Assembly: GCA_951406725.2 (NCBI GenBank)
Contig: OX597819.1
Span: forward strand, 67,766,001 to 67,830,000
Source of the DNA: Octopus vulgaris
Lineage: Eukaryota
Direction of reading: 5' to 3'
DNA: 64,000 bases
The notes beneath the pieces were generated by a model. The model was not told the origin of the DNA. It saw only the letters and a program-made list of their open reading frames with translations, and made no database searches. Made by a program: the position numbers and the translations under genes. Positions 1 to 12,324 of the stretch are shown here, in pieces. Position 1 is the stretch's first letter; the number at the start of each line of letters is the position of its first letter.

Positions 1-561
1 AGAGACAAATTGAAAATCCTTCTTTATTCTCCCCTGAGATGTACACTATAATTTATCCAACGCATACAAATCCCAAACCAAAATCTCAGGAAAAACTACG
101 TTTCATACCTGATTGGATTTCGGATATGCACGATTTACAAGGACTACTAAATATTATTTAACCGTTATGGTATCACATACACAATCACAGTTCTTCGATA
201 GTTACACGCTCTCATAATATTGCAATGCTACACACATATATATTAGAGTGTGCATGTGCAGAACAGTTTTTCTTTTAGGCAAGATGTATTGAAAATACGA
301 CCAAGTTTATAATTTAATCTTTGTATTAGTATTTGCGTATCAGCTCCTGGTAGCTCCTTGTAGTTTTTTTCGAACATGAAAATACGGAAATTCATTTTGA
401 TCAATATTTTCTGTCTCATATTCATATTCGTTTGACTTCTTAAAAGCCTCGTTTGTTATAGCGGTAGGATTTGCCTAATGCATTCTAAAATTCTGTGTAT
501 GTCGATTTTGCAGCAGGAATTTCACTCGTGTATCTTAAAATGAGCTGCTTGGCGGAGGTCT

Positions 562-645
562 GCGGAGAATGACATGGCAAGCCTTGACTACTGGGATCGA
601 CTCAAAAAATCTCAGGTTTTGCTCCGTATACTGCTGCTGTGAAAC
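562..645 (+). mobile_element. CR1/L2-group LINE fragment (post-RT region)
   Basis: Translates to MASLDYWDRLKKSQVL, resembling the 'LDYWERLKxLKLYSL' motif C-terminal to CR1-group RTs. Confidence 0.45.
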
Positions 646-747
646 TAGCTTCTTGTTGTCATTGATGTATTATAACTGCTTCAGATAACTGCTTCAGATG
701 ATTCCTATTTTTAAAGGTTCTTTTTAAAAGATCATATGGCTGTGCTA

Positions 748-885
748 TTTTTTAACCCCCGTCGAGGAGGTTATGCTTCTAATGGCGTTCGTTTGGGAAA
801 TTTGGTGATTTTCAGCATGCGTGTATATGGGTGGAAATGAGCTGCTTGGCGGAGGTCTGCACCCTCCGAGTGCTTTTGTAGTTTT
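748..885 (+). mobile_element. Helentron-associated/DINE-1-like non-autonomous element
   Basis: Starts TTTTAACCCCCGTCGAGGAGGTTATG, has subterminal CTTGGCGGAGGT (845-856), a 3' hairpin GCACCCTCCGAGTGC and ends GTAGTTTT; the 3' motif AAATGAGCTGCTTGGCGGAGGTCTGC is repeated at about 538-563. Confidence 0.6.
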
Positions 886-899
886 CTTTGTACAATTAT

Positions 900-1068
900 T
901 AGTTTTAATGACGCGGAACTTCTTCATATGTTTCAACAATGGTTCCACGGCAATTTTTGTACATACATTTACATACCGTCGGTAGTGATATCTGTTCTGC
1001 ACTTAGCCTAGTTGATCCTTAACATAGTCGGTCCTTAACGCTTGTTCTTGAGTTGCGCATATGAGTGT
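900..1068 (-). mobile_element. R4/Dong-like non-LTR retrotransposon 3' fragment
   Basis: TLICATQEQALRTDYVK matches the 'AAQEQALRTNY' motif upstream of the CCHC finger in R4/Dong elements; it abuts an (ATT/ATC)n tract. Confidence 0.6.
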
Positions 1069-1225
1069 TGTTATTATTATTAATATCATTATCATCACCA
1101 TTATCATTACTATTATTATTATTATTATCATTATTGTTTTTGTTTCTGTTGTTGTTGTTATCATTATTATTATTATTACTGCTGTGGTTGTCGTCGTCAT
1201 CATCATCATCATCACCATCAACGTC
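1066..1225. repeat. Mixed trinucleotide microsatellite (ATT/ATC/GTT)n
   Basis: Seen directly. Confidence 0.9.
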
Positions 1226-1481
1226 AATATCTCCCTTACTTCGACCTAACTGCCTGATTTTCCTTTTTTTTATATATCTTTTTAGTATAGACCATCATTT
1301 GTGTCCTCAGTGTCTTTCTCAATTGAGGTTTCTCAGATTTTATGTTCCTTCATCAATAAAATAGTTGAATAATGATGGACGGTTCTAAATATCGAGTCTC
1401 ACCCAAAATGTACGGATGTACTTAGACGATTAAGTTTATAAATAAATTCATTTTCCAAATCTTAATTAACTAATTACAATA

Positions 1482-2283
1482 TCACTTAAATATCTCTTTA
1501 GTTTTCTTCTGGATTTGTTTACTAAATCAAAAATATATTATACAATTAAAGCTGTTGTTTGTGCATGCCAAAATATTAGTAATTAGATAATCAATTTCTG
1601 CCATGATTATTTCACGAAAATCGGCAATGTTTGTACTTGTAATAATGGACACAGGGCCAGTTGTGAGTAAAACCATGGCATTTATAGTGATCACTAAGCA
1701 AAAGCCTTTCCTTGTTTTTTTGATTTGCCTATCGCGTTGACCAATATTAAGTCTACGAAGTAATTTGCATGACATTAGAATAGTGCTGAAAATTAAAATG
1801 GTTGCTGATATGTGGGAATAAACACAACAAAATATGAAAACAGTCGTTGTCTGAGAAACGAAGAGTCGGTATATTAAAATGGCAGAAAGTACAAACGAAC
1901 AAATTAAAACTGTTGATAATGCAAAGAGTTTTCTTTAAACTCCTTGCTACAGTAAAAAAAAACACGGATAGTAGTCGTTCAAATGAGATAAGTACAGTTA
2001 TCCATGAAGACAAATAGTTGGGAAATAGACTTAAGAGTAGAGCAAAATTAAAATGTGCAACCGAGTGTCGGTAACCGAATTATGATATTAAAATGTCTAA
2101 TATATCTACCCATAATCCGATAATGTCGACAACAGCCAATGAAATAAGATATGGAGCGATTTTGGACGCTCTCATCACTTTGGAACACATAAAGACAATA
2201 ACAAGAACGTTGGTGACACTTCCAAGAATTAAAACAAAGATGTAGCTGCATTGGATAGATATAATACTGTATATGTTGTTCAT
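1482..2283 (-). pseudogene. Class A GPCR pseudogene, paralog of 5085-5948
   Basis: Colinear similarity: LGSVTNVLVI, YLISLAVVD, LSSWITVLISFER, CKLLRR, LLTTGPVSI, FNCIIYF. Lesions: in-frame TAA at 2080-2082, a frameshift near 1920-1960, and TGA at 1527-1529 where the paralog has Cys. Confidence 0.9.
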
Positions 2284-2666
2284 ATTTCTCAGTAAAAAAT
2301 ATTGCTCAAGATTTCATATGCAAAGTACATTGGGTTATATATAAGATAGCATAAGAACAATTTTGTAAAAGAAATATTACAATTATTTTCTGTTGCAATT
2401 GTTCTTCCGTTCTCCCTGCATGTATTGTAAATTGTTACGAGACATCTCGAATAAATGATTAAATTTCTCGTTATACGTTTGGTTTTTCAATTCCTTGATA
2501 ATGAATCTAGATTAAATTAGACAAATAGCGAAATATCAATTTCAAACATATATTAATTATACATGGTACACTGGATTAGCTGACACAGCTTAGCCTCCAT
2601 ATACTACTAACTCCCAGGTAGGCGTGTCTGGAAAGGCAGAAATTGGGAGGAAATTGTTTTAAAAAA

Positions 2667-2750
2667 TATATAGTTTTTAAGTAATTGGTTCACAAACAGT
2701 GAAATAGTGAAAATTAGGTAATTTGTGAACCAATTACTTAAAAACTATAT
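2667..2750. repeat. Short inverted repeat (about 28-bp arms)
   Basis: TATAGTTTTTAAGTAATTGGTTCACAAA ... TTTGTGAACCAATTACTAAAAACTATA. Confidence 0.8.
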
Positions 2751-2825
2751 TATTTACCCCCGACGGTAAAGACATCGAAGTTTAAGTTTAAATCATTTGA
2801 GCTCTAATAAGTGTCTCCTACACCG

Positions 2826-2944
2826 AAAATCTCTGGATCTCATCTGTGTATATATATATGTGTGTGTGTTTGTGTGTGTGTGTGTATGTATATATAAATA
2901 TGTATATGTATGTATATGTGTATATGTATATATATATGTATATG

Positions 2945-2999
<55 letters not shown>

Positions 3000-3448
3000 A
3001 TGCATGTATGTATATATATATTTTTTTTTTATATGTAGAAAAATACAAACTGGGACAAGAACGTAAAACATTTAGAAGACGATACAAAAAATACGGACGG
3101 GACATTCGAAGCCTTCAATCTTCAGTCAAGAACCGGATCATCCTAGCAATTTCAGCTGATTAATCTTGAGATCGCTCCGATCCGGCCAGCCCCAAGGAAA
3201 AACTAAGCTACGAGCATTAGATTTCTTGGAAGAAGGATCGAATGTACACGAAACAGGGACAGAAAAACGGACGATGCCACACGAATATAAAATACAAAAA
3301 ACAATAATGGTAAAAACAAGACAAAAAACAGCGGGTGTCTTACGACTAATAAACAGCACAACAAGTTTAGCTGGCGTATTTGGAGAATATATATATATAT
3401 ATTTATATATGTATATATATATATAGATATTATGTATATATGTATATA

Positions 3449-3506
<58 letters not shown>

Positions 3507-3548
3507 TATATATGTATGTATATATATATCGATAGATAGCTAGATAGG

Positions 3549-3624
<76 letters not shown>

Positions 3625-3706
3625 AATATATATATGTATGTATATATATATCGATAGATAGCTAGATAGGTAGATAGATAGATAGATAGACAGATAGATA
3701 AATATT

Positions 3707-3741
<35 letters not shown>

Positions 3742-3745
3742 TTGC
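2826..3745. repeat. (TA)n/(TG)n/(GATA)n microsatellite complex enclosing an unclassified repeat at about 3035-3385
   Basis: Seen directly; a composite TA+GATA unit is duplicated at about 3480-3580 and 3600-3700. Confidence 0.85.
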
Positions 3746-4989
3746 AAGCGTACCTGACACTCTGTTTTTGCAGGTGTTTGCCTTCACTATCTTTAATTAA
3801 ACATCACCCCTCCCTCTTATACTCATAGTAGATCAATTTGTAGGCCATTATCGTAAGCCATTAATACGTTCTTGTATCCGTTCATATTCAGGTGTGTTGC
3901 TGTCATTGTGATTAAACAATGACATTATAATGTATTAATATTTACTTTGTGATAGCTTTAGACATGGTGAAAAGGTAAATTTGAATCGTCACTGGAATAA
4001 CTACAGATAATAGACAAATCTCAACAAATCTTTTCCCTAGCCGTTCATCTAATAGAAAGCAGAGTACATATGAAGTACATTCGTACTTGTACAGAACGTG
4101 GGATAAACGCAGTTACATTGCATCTAAACAATGGTTGAAATTAATCGATCGCCATCTGTCGTTAAGACACAATACCAATAATAATGGCAACGACAATAAA
4201 ACAATGCAATCATATATGATGGATTCGATTAACAGCATGTATGTGATTATGTGTATGTCAGTGTGCCCGTGAGTGTGTGTGTGAGGGTGTGTGTGGTGTA
4301 TGTGTGTGTATGTGTGTATGTTTGTGAACAATTTTCGAAGCTCCGTAAGTATTTTAATGATTATAAGCCAAACATGATATGAAGACATGATATTCATAAA
4401 TATATGTGATTTTCATTTTTTTCTCACAATATGTATCAGAGGATGATGCAATCCATGTGGTGGTTACATAGCTATATTTTGCAAGTGATATTTATATTAA
4501 TTCAGTCACGTGTATTCTTTGATTCTTTCCATATTATGCTTTCCACGCTTGCGCTAATCGTTGACTATCCGCTTCAATCTGCAACAAATCATTTTGTAAA
4601 AGGTACTTTCCAAGTCCTCTATTTTTCAGTTACATGTAGCAGTTTGTGTGTAGAGTCAATAGCAGGGATGCCGTCACTTGAAGTCATCTATAGTTTCAAA
4701 ATATAATTGTGATTTAATTTGTATAAACAAATTGTTCGATTACTTGTACAAAATTCAAGTTATCCATAATTTATTCTCTGAGGACAAAATTGGAAGATAC
4801 ACAGTGAGACCACCTTTGATTTTTTCCCCCGATACAACACCTGCATATTAATTCCAATCTCCTAAATCCAACATAATTTAAATCATGTAAATCGATAAAT
4901 GCCAATACGAAAAACAGAAAACACTACAAAACTACTAAAACGAGATAACCAGTGTCAACAATAATAAAAACAATAATAAATGTACTATT

Positions 4990-5005
4990 GTATCTTTCGC
5001 TACAG
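4990..5005 (+). promoter_or_regulatory. Candidate splice acceptor of a 5'UTR intron of the GPCR
   Basis: Pyrimidine tract TCTTTCGCTACAG ends about 80 nt before the ATG; the pseudogene has TTCTTTTACAA at the same distance. Confidence 0.45.
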
Positions 5006-5084
5006 TACCAACTATACTTGTTCAATAAATTCTTCATGGATAGAGAGGTTGTGAAATTTTGAGGAAAGTTTTTTTCATGGGATT

Positions 5085-5948
5085 ATGAACATCACGGAGA
5101 GTCACACAGCACTTCGCTACAGTGCAGTCACTATGTTGGTTTTCGGAAATTTAGGAAATTTACTTGTCATCGGAGTCATGTGTACAAAATCAATGAGGGA
5201 TTCAAAGATATCTCTGTATTTAATTGCCTTATCTGTCGTAGACACAATCGTATTATGGCTGAATTTAATGAGAATTATTTTACAAACATACGAGTATGGA
5301 TACCCACTTAGAACATTGAATTTGCTTCTATTATTAAACCTTATTTTCTGCGATTTGTCTTCGTGGATAACAGTAATTATGTCACTGGAACGTGTATTAG
5401 CGGTGTATTTTCCGTTTAAATTTATGCGTCGTTCTAAACAATATTTTTGCTTTGTTATAATATTATCAACTGTTTTGCTTTGTATATTTATAATTACCGC
5501 TCTGTTAGTATATAACCCAATATTTTCAAGTAGAATTTCTTACATAATTTTTTGTACTTTTTACGCTTACATACCAGCAACACTTTTACTTGCAAGTTCT
5601 ATACTGATGACATACAAATTACTTCGCAGACCAAATCTTGGTCAGCAAAATCAGGAAAATTCTCAGTCAAAGAATACTATTTTTCTTGTAGTCAGTATAA
5701 ATACCATATTTTTACTCACCACTTTTCCTGTGTCCATTGCCGCTAACGTTAAAGAGGATTCAAATTTTCTCTCAGAACACAATTTCTTGATTGCCGACTT
5801 TTTTTCATGCATAAACTACACTTTCAATTGTATTATATATTTTTGTGTTAGTGAAAAGTTCAGAAACACAGCTAAGGAAATGTTTAAAATAAATTGCGTG
5901 TGTAATTTTAAAGCAAAAACTTTAAAAGAAATTGCGTATATTAATTAA
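5085..5948 (+). CDS. Rhodopsin-like (class A) GPCR, 287 aa, FMRFamide-receptor-like/Srw-type; candidate chemoreceptor
   Basis: Seven hydrophobic segments: TM1 GNLGN, TM2 YLIALSVVD, TM3 SSWITVIMSLER, TM5 YIPATLL, TM6 FLLTTFP, TM7 NYTFNCIIY, helix 8 SEKFR; uninterrupted ORF. Confidence 0.92.
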   Translation: MNITESHTALRYSAVTMLVFGNLGNLLVIGVMCTKSMRDSKISLYLIALSVVDTIVLWLNLMRIILQTYEYGYPLRTLNLLLLLNLIFCDLSSWITVIMSLERVLAVYFPFKFMRRSKQYFCFVIILSTVLLCIFIITALLVYNPIFSSRISYIIFCTFYAYIPATLLLASSILMTYKLLRRPNLGQQNQENSQSKNTIFLVVSINTIFLLTTFPVSIAANVKEDSNFLSEHNFLIADFFSCINYTFNCIIYFCVSEKFRNTAKEMFKINCVCNFKAKTLKEIAYIN

Positions 5949-6129
5949 AATGATGAATGAAGTTATATTCTTATTTCTCCAAGACAAATGCTAACATTTC
6001 CAATAAGGAAATGGCTGATAAAATGAGAAACAGAACGGAATATCCCACACCACCACCACCACTAATACCACTGTATAAAAATAAAGACCCCCATAGCAAC
6101 AGCAACAAAAAACAATAATTATCCTCTTT

Positions 6130-6325
6130 ACTGTAGGCACAAATACGGAAAAGTTCGGAGAAGGGGTTCATCGATTATATTGGGCCCAGTACTTGAGAGG
6201 TACATACGTCATCGACACCGAAAAGCTTAAAGGAAAATGTGACATCAGTGGTATGTGAACTCTGAACGAAAAGAGCCTGAAGACAGGTCGCTAAGCAGTA
6301 AGAAGTGTGTCAGCTCAGCGCCTTG
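6130..6325 (-). mobile_element. Degenerate Nin-domain tRNA SINE
   Basis: Diverged reverse-complement match to the copy at 6521-6750. Confidence 0.55.
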
Positions 6326-6520
6326 AAGACTGGCCCATTCTACACCAACATCAATCTGGCGGTAATGCTGTTATGCCCTTCGTCTGGAGGAATGACTGAA
6401 TTATATTCACAAATATCACATAGGCCAAATGTAAATCTATCAAATTATTGGAGATTGAACACACAATAGAAGAATACGACAACATAGGGATCAGGGTAAG
6501 TACAGCTATATTTATTTCAA

Positions 6521-6750
6521 GGCGGGGAGCTGGCAGAAACGTTAGCACGCCAGGCAAAATGCTTAGCGGTATTTCGTTTGCCGTTACGTTCTGAGTTCAA
6601 TTTCCGCCGAGGTCGACTTTGCCTTTCATCCTTTCGGGGTCGATTAAATAAGTACCAGTTACGCACTGGGGTCGATATAACCGACTTAATCCGTTTGTCT
6701 GTCCTTGTTTGTCCCCTCTGTGTTTAGCCCCTTGTGGGTAGTAAAGAAAT
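6521..6750 (+). mobile_element. tRNA-derived SINE with Nin/Deu domain (octopus OK-like)
   Basis: GGCGGGGAGCTGGCAGAAACGTTAGCAC head, GAGTTCAA B-box, GCCTTTCATCCTTTCGGGGTCGAT..AAGTACCAG Nin domain; many copies in the window. Confidence 0.9.
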
Positions 6751-9700
6751 ATATATATATTTCAATGCGTGAGTAAATTAAGTAGAAACGTTTAAAAAAT
6801 GTAACATTCATACATGCAAATTAAATGTGCTAATCGTATATTATAAACGGGAAGCGGATTTCCATCTGGTTGTCTATCGCAACATCTATTAGAGGGAAGG
6901 AAACGGAAGAGAAACGAAAATACACGTCAGAATATATTTTTAGAAGAAGAGAGGAGAAAAAGTTACTGCTGTTGAGAGAGAAATACAGGATGAGAATCTG
7001 TGTGTGTGGGAGGAAAGATAGATAGATATAGATAAATAGATAGATAGATAGATAGATAGATTATTGTCACCATGGTAACTAACGAGACTTTCGCTATATA
7101 ACAGTATACTATCAAAAAAGATACGTGCATGATTAACAAGTATTTGATACCGGTAGCGAAGCGATGGACTAAGACTTAGTTTAAAATGAAACTAACATAA
7201 TTCAAACATCACAAGTTGTAATTAATAAATCAAAATCTAGACGAATATTCTCCAAAAGCTATAGAGAATTCCGTAGAAAATGCTTAATACGATTATAATA
7301 AACAAATAATTTAAATAATCGGATACATTGGAGAGTTTTGTCAACGGTTATTTATGAATATAGGGAATTCCGTCTCTTCTTGCATTCTAAAAGCAAAACT
7401 GAAAGGAAATGATGAACTTGTAAAATACAAATTAAGATTTTTATTTAGGTTTTACAAATCAACGATATATTCAACATAAGCAAACGATATATAAATAAAT
7501 ACATCATCATTTTATTGATAAAGCTAAACAAAGCTGGAAAATAACCATCGTTCCAATAGTGAATAACAGGCATAATATGCATACATAATAATCTATAATA
7601 TATTCCCAAAAGTGAAACAGAATAATTATGCTCACGTAGACTAGGGTCTGCCATGATCCTTAGGACTTTTAATGCCGAGCTTAATCCTGTTTCCATAGCG
7701 TATTGGTAACTGAGGTTACAACAGTCTTCCTCGAGGAGCAGAAGGTCTGATTAAATTCGTAGCTTTTCCTGGAAGTCATTCATAACTGAGGGAACTAAAG
7801 CAATAACATTGAACTGACGAGATGGTCGGATAATCGAAACCAACTTTCTTAAGAGTTAATGTAAGGCCTTAACTCTTGGCCAACTGGAAAGAAGACAAAC
7901 TTTTAAAATACATGACAAAAATAACTACATAGAAATAGGCATCAAGCAATCACTCACAACACACAAACCACGTGCAATTCCATAAACGAAACTAAAGAAA
8001 ACAAACAGCCAGAAAGTTGTGACTTGTTCCCAGTGCAGTCAAGTGTGTATTACGTTGTATTGACGTATGTCTATTTTGGTGTGTCAGCTTCAGTCGGGAG
8101 ATTGCTTTTTTAGGTTTCACTAAACAATGTCATTTGGTGAAAGGGTTACTTAACCAACAGGTGTGTAACTAGGTTTAATTATTGTAGATATTATTTGAAC
8201 ACTATTTAGAAGATTTGGGATGGTAGAGTTAATTGTTCGGAGTTCGGTGAAGTCTGTAAAACAATGTTACCAGGTGTGTCTGATTTAGGTCATAGAAATG
8301 AAATGAAAAATATGCAGAACCCACCAAAGAAAGCAAAAGAGGATCAGGAAATAATAGTAACCCAAAATAATGATTAAGACTATAGATAACCCCTTAGAAA
8401 CTGTCAACCAAATAAATATTCTCATCGGAAATATATATACTCACGAAAAAACTGCTGGCGACAAACCGAAGAAAAATGCATATCAGACGATATCAAATAA
8501 AGTTGCCGATGAAAATGGAAGGCATTCAATTGTCGTATCTTCAATGAGGATACATCGAGATCCAGCTTATAAAGAAGGAACAAGAAACTACACCTGATAC
8601 TTCAATTCGCATATAAATGATCTGTAAAAAAGATTGGTCGTTGTTTCCATATGAATGGTGTTATTTTGCATGCTGCTTCATCATAGAATTTTACCAAAGA
8701 CTGAATTATGTATACTTTGGAAATAATGAACTAGACAAAGTCCAACACACAGGAACGAATGAAAATATTAATATGATTAATACAGACAGATTTAATGAAT
8801 ACTTATAACGGTATTAACAAAAAAATAAAATCGAAAATATACACGTAAAAGAAGAATGGAAATGTAATAATCATTGTCTAACTCTTCTAGTAATAAGTTA
8901 TAATTAATAATTTTCTCAAACTAAAGATAATTCAATTTGCAGTTCTAGGTATGTAAATAAGAAACAATGAAGATATTTGAAGTCTAATATATAAATGCTG
9001 GTTCAGAATTATATTTACAATGGTTAGATTGGAGCAGAATCAACGCGTAGCTATAAAACTATCATAATTATATACTGTAGGGCGATGGATATTTATACTA
9101 CTGACTTAAAGGGATTACATACAGTCATAACCGTTTATGATTCAATAGAGAAACAATTGCTTTCGTCTCCAAGTAATCCAAGGAAGTAGAAGCTGAGGCA
9201 TCAGATATGTGAATGATGGCTAGAGAAAGCTAAAGTGCGTTCATAACGCTATAAAAACGAAAACATTAAAATAGAATGATATTACTCAATAACATTATGT
9301 TCGGTAGAACTGGTTCAGAAATCTGAGCGTAGAGCGACGAAAAGGAAGGAATACCATTGACAAACCATGTATTTAACTTGGCTTATTTACTTATAAGGGT
9401 AATTTATCCTGTACAAGCATTACACTTTAAAGTCTAAGCAAGCGGATGTAAAAGTTGCTTAACTGTGAATAACCAGCATGTATGGACGCTCATATTACTT
9501 ATAAAGTTTCGGATTGATACATGTGGAAATGATCGCACCGAAACTAGGTTTATTCGCCATTTTCAAAATGTTGTTTTGAATGTATAGGGTATATCCCTTA
9601 ATTCCAAGAAGAGCACAAGTATATGGTTATGTCTGGATATTTGCTATGAAACACGCATTAAAAACCAATCCAAACCATCCAATTTTACTCCCCACACAAA

Positions 9701-10094
9701 TGATCACTGTCAAACATATCCTAATTGCATTTACTGATTTTCGGCAAAAATCCAACAATTTATCACAATGTAAGCTGACCATGTTTTGCCCTCAAATTTG
9801 GTCAAACATTGAAGCAGTAAACTATTGGAAAGCATGTGACGGAGAATCGTATAACAAACTAATATTGAAGCTATTTTTAAAGTATTCACTTCTGAAATGC
9901 TCTTCTTATAGAGCGACTGAGTGTTAACATTTTAAAATTTAGATGAACACCAGCAGTTGATCAAATGATATTTCTTGGTGGAAAATATGCAAATAACAAT
10001 CCGACCCGTGTTCGCATAAGTTGGGCAAATAATATGTGGATTGGATTACTTCTTCTTAAATATTCTTATAAGCGTTTTAATTTTGAATATGCAA

Positions 10095-10261
10095 TATATC
10101 ATATGCTACATTATTTACATTATTTACATTTGACGGATATTTGTCCTCATCTTGTTTGTTGTTAACTCAACGTTTCGGCTGATATAGCCTCCAGCCTTCA
10201 TCAGGTGTCCTGCAGAAATTTCGGACCTGGCTTCTCATTCTTAAGGTAATTTTCGATGTGG

Positions 10262-10307
<46 letters not shown>

Positions 10308-10493
10308 GATTATTATCATTATTATTATTATTATTATTCAGGTCGCTGCCTGGAATCGAACTTGGTATCTTCGGGTTAGTAGCCCGCGCTCTTAACCACT
10401 ACGCCATATGCCTGTGGGTATTTTTCTTTAATCGTAGAGGTTAAGAACGGGAGCTACTGACCCGAAGATTCCGATTTCGATTCCAGGTTGTGA

Positions 10494-10578
<85 letters not shown>

Positions 10579-10806
10579 GAAGAAGAAGAAGAAGAAGAAG
10601 AAGAAGAAGAAGAAGAAGAAGAAGAAGAAGAAGAAGAAGAAACTTCGAAAAATTTCGAAATTTCTCCAAGGCCTCTGATGAAGAGTGGTGGATATATCAG
10701 CCGAAGCGTTGTGTTAACAAAAATCTGTCAAATATAAATAATATAAATAATATAGCATAAGGTACATAATTCCTCATCTCTTAAATATAGAACTATATCA
10801 TATGCT
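10095..10806. mobile_element. Fold-back element: two head-to-head units of tRNA-like head + (TAA)n + hammerhead-bearing tail, with 13-bp TSD
   Basis: Arms are reverse complements; TATATCATATGCT at 10095-10107 and 10794-10806; homologous element at 50598-51232. Confidence 0.8.
10163..10210 (-). ncRNA. Minimal type I hammerhead ribozyme motif
   Basis: Minus strand: GACAC-CUGAUGA-aGGCUG-gaggcuauau-CAGCC-GAAA-CG-UU-GAGUU. Confidence 0.7.
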
Positions 10807-10914
10807 GCTTTTAGTAGATTGTAAGCCAATTTTTAATCTATATTGCAAGAATTTGATCGAAGCTAACAGCATCAAACTCCTCATGTGAAAACGAATCACT
10901 ATGAGAACATCATA

Positions 10915-11109
<195 letters not shown>

Positions 11110-11110
11110 C

Positions 11111-11399
11111 TAGTGGTTAGGGCAGCGGACTCGCGCTCGTAGGATCGCGGTTTCGATTCCCAGACCGGCCGTTGTGAGTGTTTATTGAGCGAAAACACCT
11201 AAAGCTCCACGAGGCTCCGGCAGGGGGTGGCGGTTCCTGCTGTACTATTTCGCCACAACTTTATCTCACTCTTTCTTTGTTGGCCAGCTCGCTTAGCAAG
11301 CGGAGTGACGTCATTTGAAGGCTAAAACAATGCGAAGCGCAATGCGACCAGCGATGTGTAGCAACATCTGATAGCCTGGTCGGTCACGGTGATCACGGT

Positions 11400-11400
<1 letters not shown>
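11111..11400 (+). mobile_element. tRNA-derived SINE (family A)
   Basis: AGTGGTTAGGGCAGCGGACTCGC..GGTTTCGATTCC head; near-identical copy at 20514-20815. Confidence 0.9.
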
Positions 11401-11478
<78 letters not shown>

Positions 11479-11541
11479 GAGCAGATTGCCTAATAAGAAA
11501 GATATCCAGTACTAGTGTTTGTGTATAATAAATATAGATAA

Positions 11542-11604
<63 letters not shown>

Positions 11605-12039
11605 AGCAGATTGCCTACAAAGACAGATATCCACCACTAGGTTTTGTGTATAAGACATTCTCATTATTTTGGCATAGTGAGGACAAAAACAGTATATAAT
11701 AAGCCCCATATCATTTTCAGCAATTGAAATTACCATTGACGATTCCTTCTTTACATATCGACATCAAAACTTCAGACTGCAGAGCATAAGCAAGCTGAGA
11801 ATCAAAGAATTTACAGTGACTGAGGTCTTGACATTAAAACATACATCGAAACAGTAAAATATTGCGTTGATTATGCCATGTATATCAAGCATACAAAGTG
11901 TGATGCATATTCATCTATAATATAAATTGGACATGGGTGATCATTGTATTCTTTCTTGTGTTGAGGTTCACAGCCAAACTACTTGGTGGATTCGTGTGAA
12001 AAATGTCACACATGTGGAAACAGGTGCATAGACTGGAAT

Positions 12040-12324
12040 GTAGTTTGTATTTTTTTCTAACCGCCGTACGTGCCGAGAAAATCGATTAAAACTTTTCTAA
12101 TGGAATTTCCCTCTTTGTTTTCTGCCATTAAAACAACCAGTTGCTTAGAAGCTGTTTTCTGACGGGATGGGATCAAGAAATTTTCATATAGCTGGAGGTT
12201 CTAATCGAAACAGGGGACCCGAAATGATAAGGTTGACAAACGCTGTTATAGATTATACCTAACAGAAAACGATCACTGTCACATCATCCAAAGACACCGG
12301 GTGAAACCGGGCTTAGCTGCTAGT
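12040..12324 (+). mobile_element. Helitron-like 3' end (5' boundary uncertain)
   Basis: Subterminal hairpin CCGGGTGAAACCGG followed about 10 nt later by CTAGT (12320-12324). Confidence 0.55.

Noticed and set aside
243-425. 60-aa minus ORF
   Set aside because: No recognisable domain or convincing splice context.
7811-7850. CUGACGA-GAU..AUC-GAAA hammerhead look-alike
   Set aside because: No stem I or III; ATCGAAACC is better explained as the B-box of a decayed minus-strand SINE head.
8300-10080. Possible very old Penelope RT/endonuclease remnant
   Set aside because: Only vague motif echoes amid many stops; needs a translated profile search.
10340-10495. tRNA gene
   Set aside because: tRNA-like head lacks a proper acceptor stem and is part of a repeated element; the same applies to other SINE heads such as 30092.
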